Of a stretch of 32,000 bases of DNA, positions 16,591 through 23,135 are shown in pieces. The number at the start of each line of letters is the position of its first letter. Positions within the stretch are counted from its first letter, which is position 1. A model generated the notes under the pieces. That model saw nothing but the letters and a program-made list of their open reading frames with translations. It did no database searches and was not told where the DNA came from. The DNA comes from Horticoccus luteus (GTDB lineage Bacteria > Verrucomicrobiota > Verrucomicrobiia > Opitutales > Opitutaceae), in contig NZ_CP080507.1 in assembly GCF_019464535.1 (NCBI RefSeq), positions 840,001-872,000 on the forward strand, given 5' to 3'. The translations under genes were made by a program, and so were the position numbers.

Positions 16591-16630
16591 TGACCTCTTC
16601 TCCGTTAACTTGACCTCTTCTCCGCTAACT
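16591..16630 (+). repeat. Tandem 20-bp direct repeat upstream of the kinase gene (possible operator, iteron or insertion scar)
   Basis: TGACCTCTTCTCCGTTAACT (16591-16610) is immediately followed by TGACCTCTTCTCCGCTAACT (16611-16630), a 19/20 match. The array ends 22 nt before the ATG at 16653. Confidence 0.8.
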
Positions 16631-16652
16631 CACCTCAACTACCAGTCTCTGA

Positions 16653-17690
16653 ATGAGCAACCTAGCTAGCAATCTCGTAGGGCATGACTTGAACGGTTGG
16701 ATCGTAACTAAGAAAATCTCGAAATTCGGCGGCACGGGCGGTGCATTTTCTTCAGCCTACCTTGTCCAGCATAAAGACGGGCGCGATGCATTCTTGAAGG
16801 CGATAAACATCGGGTATGCGATGAATATGTTTTTGCCCACGGGAAAGAGGCGAAATGAGATACTGCAGGACATAACCGAGAATTTTGAGCATGAGGTCGA
16901 TCTGCTTGAGGCTTGTGACACCAAACGTCTTGATCGCGTGGTGGTTGCCATAGAAGAGGGCGAATATCGCCACCCTAGCGATCCATACTACATCCCCTTT
17001 TTGATCTTCGAGCTGTGCAAGGAAGGAGATGTTCGGCGTCACCCAAAGATGGCCGCCGCTGGGGTGACGTGGCCGCTGCGAGTGTTCCACGAAGTCTGCG
17101 TAGGCCTAAAGCAACTCCATTCGATCAACATCATCCATCAAGACCTAAAACCATCTAACGTGCTGATCGCGGCAGGCACAAAAGCAAAAATCGCCGACTT
17201 GGGTCGCGCTACCGTTTCCGGTTCACGCGCGATGTTCTCTGGTGCTAATCACTGGGGCGACACGGACTACATGCCCATTGAGTTTCACTATAATCACTTC
17301 GAGCCTGATCCCACAGTTCGGCAGAAGGCGGCAGACTTTTACATGTTAGGAGGGGTATTGGCATTTCTCGTCTGCAAGATTAATATCTTCAGCTTGATTT
17401 TGACTAAATTGCCGGCCGCTTATCATCCGATGAACTGGACCGGTGGGTTTAATGCTGCTCTACCGGCGCTTCACACTGCCACTATTGATGCGGTTGCCGA
17501 CATCGTGGCGAGCTTGCCGGACGTAGTTAAGAGCGACGTTAGGGAGATGATACTCTTTCTCTGTCACCCCGAACCATTGAAGCGCGGGCATCCCAAGACC
17601 GTGATTCAAGCCAGCGGAGACCGGTATTCTATGGAAAGAATTGTCACGACTGCTGACCGCGTCGCAAACAAGGCGCGGCTGATCCCATGA
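16653..17690 (+). CDS. Minimal Hanks-type (eukaryote-like) Ser/Thr protein kinase, non-RD (HQD) variant
   Basis: All core subdomains are readable. They are: the Gly-loop 'KFGGTGGAFSSAY'; the VAIK-like 'AFLKAI' (K49); the alphaC Glu in 'FEHEVDLL'; the catalytic loop 'HQDLKPSNVLI' (D164 at 17142-17144, K166, N169); the Mg-binding 'KIADLG' (DFG to DLG, D182); the APE-like 'TDYMPIE'; 'DFYMLGGVL'; and the subdomain XI Arg in 'HPEPLKRG'. No TM, PASTA, FHA or other sensor domain is present. Confidence 0.85.
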   Translation: MSNLASNLVGHDLNGWIVTKKISKFGGTGGAFSSAYLVQHKDGRDAFLKAINIGYAMNMFLPTGKRRNEILQDITENFEHEVDLLEACDTKRLDRVVVAIEEGEYRHPSDPYYIPFLIFELCKEGDVRRHPKMAAAGVTWPLRVFHEVCVGLKQLHSINIIHQDLKPSNVLIAAGTKAKIADLGRATVSGSRAMFSGANHWGDTDYMPIEFHYNHFEPDPTVRQKAADFYMLGGVLAFLVCKINIFSLILTKLPAAYHPMNWTGGFNAALPALHTATIDAVADIVASLPDVVKSDVREMILFLCHPEPLKRGHPKTVIQASGDRYSMERIVTTADRVANKARLIP

Positions 17691-19342
17691 ACCAAGGTCT
17701 CGGCGACAAATATGTCGTTCCGCAGTGGCTGCCGTTCAGGGTGGCATCTCAAACCAGAGAGCTGACGACGTTCCCTGTCCCTGGGCCGGTGATTGACTAC
17801 GGTCCTGCGAGGATCGCATTTCAGGAATCGTTAGATGATTTTAAACAGGCCCCATCTGTTTTCGTAGGCACAGAGCTGATGGGCGTCGCGGATGTCATCG
17901 GACTTAAGACATCTGCGAAGTGGCTTGCGGAGTATGTTTTGACTGAGCCGATAGCTGGGAAGGTTGCGCACGGACAGGCCCGGCGGATTCTTGGGGAGGT
18001 CGCCGTAAGTCAATTGAGCGAGCGTGCCGCCATCCAAAGCAGAAAGGCCCGATTGCAGGACTTTCCACACGACGCGATCGCGTGGATCGAGCAAGCGAGA
18101 TTGTACACGATCCTCGGCCAAAGGAAAAAAGCCGAGAGGGCGATCAAGGTGGGGGTGCACTTAGCGCCATCTAACCGTTTTGTTATTCGTGCCGCAGTGC
18201 GGTTTTATATTCACTACGACGAGTGGGATGAGGCTCTCCGTGTCGCAGCGCGCGCGCACGCGATCAATCCAGACCCATTGATTTTCGGTCCATTACTGAG
18301 CGTTGCGACTTATTTGAAAAAAATGCCGAAGAGCACCAAAGCGGCCGGAGAAGCCGCGCTAGCGGCGGACAAGCCTTTCGTCTTTTCTGAGACCTTGGAG
18401 GCCATAGGTACGCTGGAGGTGTTGAACGGGGCGGAGCAGCGTGCAAAGAAATTCTTTCGGCATGCTTGGGTTGATCCGACTAAATCCGTCATCGCGCATA
18501 GTCAGTGGATTCTTCGCGAGCAAATCCCGGGGCTGGCCGCTGATCGTAGGTTCGACTTCACTCAGAGTAACGAAGCCTTGGGTTGGCTGCGCTTCGCGTT
18601 TTTAGATTTTAAGGGTGCGTATGCCTCAAGCACTGCATGGGCATTGGAAGAACCTTATTCAAAATCTCCTTACGTCTTGGGGACCATTGCTGGATGTCAG
18701 GCAGAGCGATTCGACCTCGCGATTGAAGCTGGTGAACGTGGCCTCGGAGCTAATCCCAAGGATTCACTACTTCTAAATAATCTAGCCTTCGCGTACCTTA
18801 GAAACGGCGATGCGGTTTCAGCTAGAAAACACTTTAACTCGATTAAGCACCTCGCGGATGCGCCAGAGGAAATCGCCCCAGCTGCTACATATGGACTACT
18901 ACTGATGGCGGAGGGTGCGCAGATTAAGGGTCTAGAATACTATTCGACCGCTATTGACCGCGCGGTGAAATGCGGCAACCGGAGACTCGCGTTGCGCACG
19001 ACGTTGAACCTGATTATCTCCAGACTCGATACTGCAAAGACAATAGACCCGTCGGTGCTTCGAAAGGCGATGGAGACTTTGCCTCAATATCAAGACCCCG
19101 GATGCCTAGGCGCTGCACGGGCAATAAATCGGCGACTACAGGCGGCCACGTTCACAAGTTCTGTCGAGCTGGGGACTGTAGCACGGGAATTTCGGGACTC
19201 TGTGGAAAAAGAATCATCGCGATACCTTGCTGCAGTTCAGGGGCGTTTTATTGACGTAGTCGCAAGAGATCACAGCCCGAAGACGCACGATATCCTCCCG
19301 CTCGAATCGCCCAACAGAGAGCCCGAATTATTCTCAAAGTGA
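17687..19342 (+). CDS. TPR-like all-helical repeat protein, partner of the kinase (function unknown)
   Basis: The ATG at 17687 overlaps the kinase stop (ATGA at 17687-17690). The gene has the same low GC as the kinase. TPR-like units include 'AIAWIEQARLYTILGQRKKAERAIKVGVHLAPSN' and 'SLLLNNLAFAYLRNGDAVSARKHFNSIKHL'. I see no P-loop, nuclease, protease or other catalytic motif. The N-terminal about 110 aa do not resemble anything I recognise. Confidence 0.8.
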   Translation: MNQGLGDKYVVPQWLPFRVASQTRELTTFPVPGPVIDYGPARIAFQESLDDFKQAPSVFVGTELMGVADVIGLKTSAKWLAEYVLTEPIAGKVAHGQARRILGEVAVSQLSERAAIQSRKARLQDFPHDAIAWIEQARLYTILGQRKKAERAIKVGVHLAPSNRFVIRAAVRFYIHYDEWDEALRVAARAHAINPDPLIFGPLLSVATYLKKMPKSTKAAGEAALAADKPFVFSETLEAIGTLEVLNGAEQRAKKFFRHAWVDPTKSVIAHSQWILREQIPGLAADRRFDFTQSNEALGWLRFAFLDFKGAYASSTAWALEEPYSKSPYVLGTIAGCQAERFDLAIEAGERGLGANPKDSLLLNNLAFAYLRNGDAVSARKHFNSIKHLADAPEEIAPAATYGLLLMAEGAQIKGLEYYSTAIDRAVKCGNRRLALRTTLNLIISRLDTAKTIDPSVLRKAMETLPQYQDPGCLGAARAINRRLQAATFTSSVELGTVAREFRDSVEKESSRYLAAVQGRFIDVVARDHSPKTHDILPLESPNREPELFSK

Positions 19343-19541
19343 CTACGGAGAGGTTGTAGAGTTCATTCGTAAGCTCTCGACGGTTTTCGGGCTACTGCGG
19401 CCAGCTCACCGTTCCTTCGCGCCGTCGTAGCGGATCGCGTGACCGGCGGAGTGTCGGGCGTTGTTGAGGAAGCGGATGGAGAGGTGGACCCGTCCGTTGG
19501 ACAGCGGATGGATAGATTAAGTTATGAGAGACAAACGCTCA

Positions 19542-22511
19542 TTAGGTGCCTTGGCGACGCACACAAGCTCGCGCCTGATACCGCGCGAGACGTTCCCGCA
19601 GGTTTTTCAGGCCGATGCCCAGCGAGGGCAGCTCCGGGGGCTTGCCATCGGGCTCGATCCACAGGCCGGTGTTGGAGACGAGCAGGTCGATGGCGTCGCC
19701 CGCGCGCCGGACTTCGATTCGCACCCCGATGCGATCTTCGCTGGTGGCGTGGCCGTATTTGATCGCGTTCTCGACCAGCGGGAGGAGCAGGAAGTGGGGT
19801 AGTGGCATTTTTTCCAGTTCGGTCGGGCAATCGATCATGATTTCCAGCCGATCGCCCCAGCGGGTCTTTTCGATCTCGAGGTAGGCGCCGAGTTGCCGCA
19901 ATTCCTCGCCAACGGTGGTGCGCTCCCGCTCGTCGTCGCGGTAAAGCGTGGTGCGGCAAAACTCCGACAAGCGGGTCAGCATCGAACGCGCGGCGCCTGC
20001 GTTCGCCGGCAGCGTGGCGTTGAGCGACGCGAGCGCGTTGAAAAGAAAGTGCGGGTTGAGCTGGTAGCGGAGCGTCTCGAGCCGGGCTTGTTCCTCGGCC
20101 AGGCGCGCGGCCGTCTTCTGGTCGAGCTCGAGCTTGTGCAGGCGCGCCAACTCCTCGTTTTGCAGGAGGAGCGTCGCGGTGCGCTCCGCCACGACTTTCT
20201 CCAAGACCTCGGCGCGTCCCCGCAGTTGGAGCGTGCGGAGGTGGACGATCCCGCCGATTCCCGCCGCACCCAACAGGGCGTAGCCGCACCAGGCCCAGGG
20301 CTTGCGCCACCACGGCGCCAGCCGCGTGAACGCAAACACCGCCTCGCTGCCCGCGCGTCCCGCGTCGTCGCGCGCTTGCACCCGGAATCGAAAGGCTCCC
20401 GGAGGCAGGCTGGAGTAATCCCGTCGCGCCCCGTCCCCCCACGCCGACCAGTCGGAATCGATGCCGTCCAAACGGGTGCGATAGGTCACGTTGACCCGCC
20501 CGTTGCCGTCCGTCTGGAAAAACGGAGCCGCGAACGAGAAACGCACAGACTTCTCGTTCGGACCCAGCGTGCCGCCGGGGACTTTCCCCGCGCCACCCCA
20601 GACGACGCGGCCCGCGGCCGTCTCGACGCGCCGCACGAAGGCGGTGGGCGGAGGCGGGATGGCCCCGTGCCAATCCTTCTTTGTCGCTGCGATGCCCAGA
20701 TACCCGATCCACCAAGCGTCGGCGGCCGGGTCGTCACCCACCGCCGTGGGCCGGATCGACTCAAGTCCATTGCGTGGCAGTGTCTCGAATCGCCAGGCGT
20801 CCGGACCCGTGCGGCGAGCGAGGGCCGCCGCGTCTTCGATCCGCGTGTTGGCCATCCAGAGCGATCCGTCGGCCAAGGGAAACGCTCTCGACCACCGGCT
20901 CGGGTCGAGGCCCGCGATACGATCCTCAGCGCGGAAAAGATCCGTGGCGGGATCGTGGCGCCAGATGCCCTGCCAGTTGCATGCTTCCACGCTTCCGTTC
21001 CATGCGAAAATCCACACGCGAAACGTCGGCTTCTCCGCCTCCGGCAGGCCCCGCTCCGGGCCGATACGCTCCGGTTTCGCGTCGAGACGCACGCCCCCGC
21101 GCCAGTCCAGGCGCACCAGTTCCAGCCGGTTGCGCGTGCCCCACAGCCAGCCCGCTTCGTCCTCGACGAGTGGATATAGTGGCATGCGCACGCCCGGCAC
21201 CTCGGCCTCGAAACGCCAATGTCTGGTGCCGTCGGATCCAGTCTCCTGGCGATAGAGCAGCAACAACCCGTCGGGTCCGGTGCTCGCGACGAGGCGGTCG
21301 GGCTCGCGCCGCAGCCGCAGCGCGGCGCGGAAACCCAGCCGCCGCTCATCGATCATTTCGACGCGGCCGTCCGACTTGAGCAGCCGGAGGTTGTCGCCCG
21401 CCACGATCAGCCCGTCCTCGGTCGGCACCAGCGCCCAGGCGTCCATCCCGCCCTGCGGCAGAAGGGTGAATCTTCCGTTCGCCTCGTCCCGCGCCAGCAC
21501 CCCCGTGGTCGTAGCGGCGTACAGGTGGCCCTGATAAAACGCAAATGCCTCCACCCGCCCGTGCAGATCCGAGGGCGAGACGTGCAGCGAGGTCGGCCCG
21601 TCGAACTGGGCGCGGATTACCCCGCCGTAATGCGTTATCCATACGCCGCCATCCCTGTCGGGTGTGAGCGAGGAGATCTTTCCGCTGGTCGGCACATAGC
21701 GGTCGTCACGGCCGTAACGGCTCAAGATGTGGCCGGCGGTGTTTACCAGCAGCAGACCGTTTGCGTCCGTCCCGAGCAGAAAGACACCGTTGCGCACCGG
21801 GCAGCCGGCGGTCACGCGGTCGCCCGCCAGCGCGTTGCGCACCTCTTCTGAGACCAGCCGTGCCGCGTCTCCGATCCAGTTGTGCAGACCATCGGCGCAC
21901 ACGATCCAAGTCGCGCCATTCGCTCCCGGCCAAAGCGAAACGATGCCCGCTGTTCGCACGGCGCCTGAGGCCGGGACTGGCCTGGTCGCCCCGGCCTCGA
22001 TGCGCCAGACCCCGGCGCGCGTGACGAAATACGGTCGGCCGTCGTGCGTGAAGAGAGAGGTGCAGCCTCCGTCGATCGGCATCACCGTGACGCGGTCGCG
22101 GACGTCCACCCGGACAATCGCCGGGCGCAGGCCCTGCGTGGCGAACCACGCGTCCTCGCCCGTCAGGACCAGGTGCAGGACGTGCCCGACCTCACGGTAG
22201 GCGGCCGGTAAATCGCCCTGCAGCAGGCGTGCGACCAAGATGCCGTGTGGATCAGGTTCCAGCAGGCCAAAGACGCCGGCGCCGGAGAAAAAGACCCGCC
22301 CGGACGCCGTCACCGCGACGTTATGCACGATCATGCCCTCGGTGCCTCGAATCAGTCTCCAAGATACGCCGTCATATTCGATCAGGCCCTCGATCGTGCC
22401 GACATACACGAGGCCCGCCGGATGGAGGGCGACCGCTCGCGTATGCGGATTGGTCGGCAAATCCCTTTCCGTAAAAGCGCGAATGATCGGCCCGCCGGTG
22501 TCCCTCGCCAA
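19542..22511 (-). CDS. LytS/YehU-type sensor histidine kinase with periplasmic two-component-regulator propeller + Y_Y_Y domain; possibly decaying (see findings)
   Basis: The Y_Y_Y-like region is 'VTYRTRLDGIDSDWSAWGDGARRDYSSLPPGAFRFRVQARDDAG'. A TM helix 'WAWCGYALLGAAGIGGIVHL' and a coiled coil follow. The His_kinase (PF06580-like) H-box region is 'LRYQLNPHFLFNALASL'. The HATPase N-box is 'LLLPLVENAIKYG', G1 is 'LLVSNTG' and G2 is 'SLGIGLKNLRERL'. The ORF-track start is TTG at 22511. The ORF ends only about 20 aa after the G2 box. Confidence 0.8.
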   Translation of the reverse strand: MARDTGGPIIRAFTERDLPTNPHTRAVALHPAGLVYVGTIEGLIEYDGVSWRLIRGTEGMIVHNVAVTASGRVFFSGAGVFGLLEPDPHGILVARLLQGDLPAAYREVGHVLHLVLTGEDAWFATQGLRPAIVRVDVRDRVTVMPIDGGCTSLFTHDGRPYFVTRAGVWRIEAGATRPVPASGAVRTAGIVSLWPGANGATWIVCADGLHNWIGDAARLVSEEVRNALAGDRVTAGCPVRNGVFLLGTDANGLLLVNTAGHILSRYGRDDRYVPTSGKISSLTPDRDGGVWITHYGGVIRAQFDGPTSLHVSPSDLHGRVEAFAFYQGHLYAATTTGVLARDEANGRFTLLPQGGMDAWALVPTEDGLIVAGDNLRLLKSDGRVEMIDERRLGFRAALRLRREPDRLVASTGPDGLLLLYRQETGSDGTRHWRFEAEVPGVRMPLYPLVEDEAGWLWGTRNRLELVRLDWRGGVRLDAKPERIGPERGLPEAEKPTFRVWIFAWNGSVEACNWQGIWRHDPATDLFRAEDRIAGLDPSRWSRAFPLADGSLWMANTRIEDAAALARRTGPDAWRFETLPRNGLESIRPTAVGDDPAADAWWIGYLGIAATKKDWHGAIPPPPTAFVRRVETAAGRVVWGGAGKVPGGTLGPNEKSVRFSFAAPFFQTDGNGRVNVTYRTRLDGIDSDWSAWGDGARRDYSSLPPGAFRFRVQARDDAGRAGSEAVFAFTRLAPWWRKPWAWCGYALLGAAGIGGIVHLRTLQLRGRAEVLEKVVAERTATLLLQNEELARLHKLELDQKTAARLAEEQARLETLRYQLNPHFLFNALASLNATLPANAGAARSMLTRLSEFCRTTLYRDDERERTTVGEELRQLGAYLEIEKTRWGDRLEIMIDCPTELEKMPLPHFLLLPLVENAIKYGHATSEDRIGVRIEVRRAGDAIDLLVSNTGLWIEPDGKPPELPSLGIGLKNLRERLARYQARACVRRQGT

Positions 22512-23135
22512 CTGGACCTCGCTCCGCCCCGTCGCAACGAGAAGGGCGGCACCGGCTAGCAGGTTAATCGCCCATTTATGATGGGCGGATGTCTGTCGCG
22601 TAATATCGCGTCAATCAAGGACGTAATGCCATTTTAGGTTGAACGAAAAACCCTCGGTAAAGGCAGAGATCCGCCGGTCTTGACTTCCCACACTACGCCG
22701 CGGAATGACCAAGGCCAGGCGCGCGGGCAGCGAGAGACACCTGTCTTGACTCGTGATCCTCCGCCGGAGTGCCTGTGCCACGGCGGACGGCGGAGGCGAG
22801 CGGAGACAAAAGCCTCACGGCTTCCGCTACGATGAGCGGACCTACGCGCTCGCCGCGTAGAAAAATGGCATAGGGGAACGAAAGTCTTACGGCCTCCGTT
22901 GCGGGTGAGCGGGGGCGATTCGCGCGAAGGCTTCGGGCTCGCGGCAGACTACAGGCGGTAAGGTCTCTTTCAAACGAAGGATCACAGACAGGAATGCCGA
23001 TGTTACAGTGAGAGGCGGGTTGATTATTCCGGAAGAAAGATCGGCGCGGGGCACTTTTGGCGATGACAGGCGGGAGTCGGGTCGTAGGGTCGGCGCGGGC
23101 GACAGCGGATGAACCGGTGCCGTCCCGCGCAATTT

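Larger units (their letters stand above)
16551..19380 (+). other. Low-GC two-gene islet (probable horizontally acquired cassette); no mobility gene seen
   Basis: Hand-counted 60-nt lines inside the islet give 42% GC (17101-17160) and 45% GC (18721-18780). A line in the adjacent ROK gene (16201-16260) gives 67%. The drop begins directly after the ROK stop. GC recovers around 19375-19400, so the right boundary is approximate. Confidence 0.75.

Noticed and set aside
16752-18492. Minus-strand ORFs inside the kinase and TPR genes (16752..17090, 16757..16951, 17831..18160, 18264..18446, 18310..18492)
   Set aside because: They are short, fully nested antisense to ORFs with clear kinase or TPR motifs, and have no motifs of their own.
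16551-19380. Calling the low-GC islet a mobile element (IS, transposon, integrative element)
   Set aside because: There is no transposase, integrase or recombinase ORF and no adjacent tRNA. The only candidate terminal repeat is a weak, gapped inverted echo of the 20-mer at 19343-19360 (a 7-nt contiguous match). I therefore report it only as a compositionally foreign islet.
19522-22581. Overlapping ORFs on both strands within the histidine-kinase gene (19522..20715 -, 19893..21179 +, 20486..21349 - and others)
   Set aside because: Same shadow-ORF signature (Arg/Pro/Gly-rich, no motifs). The 989-aa frame carries the recognisable propeller, Y_Y_Y, H-box and HATPase motifs.
22842-22868. Hairpin CTACGCG/CGCGTAG followed by AAAAA as a terminator
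   Set aside because: On the plus strand an A-run follows, not a U-run. On the minus strand the T-run precedes the stem. Neither orientation forms an intrinsic terminator, so it is kept only as part of the intergenic-structure finding.
23109-23135. Earlier start (23109) for the heparinase-like gene, and the 29236 start for the TMTC-like gene
   Set aside because: ATG 23136 yields a canonical Tat signal at the extreme N-terminus. The 29236 start would make the TMTC-like CDS overlap the neighbour's terminator hairpin (29193-29227) and adds a Pro/Arg-rich leader.
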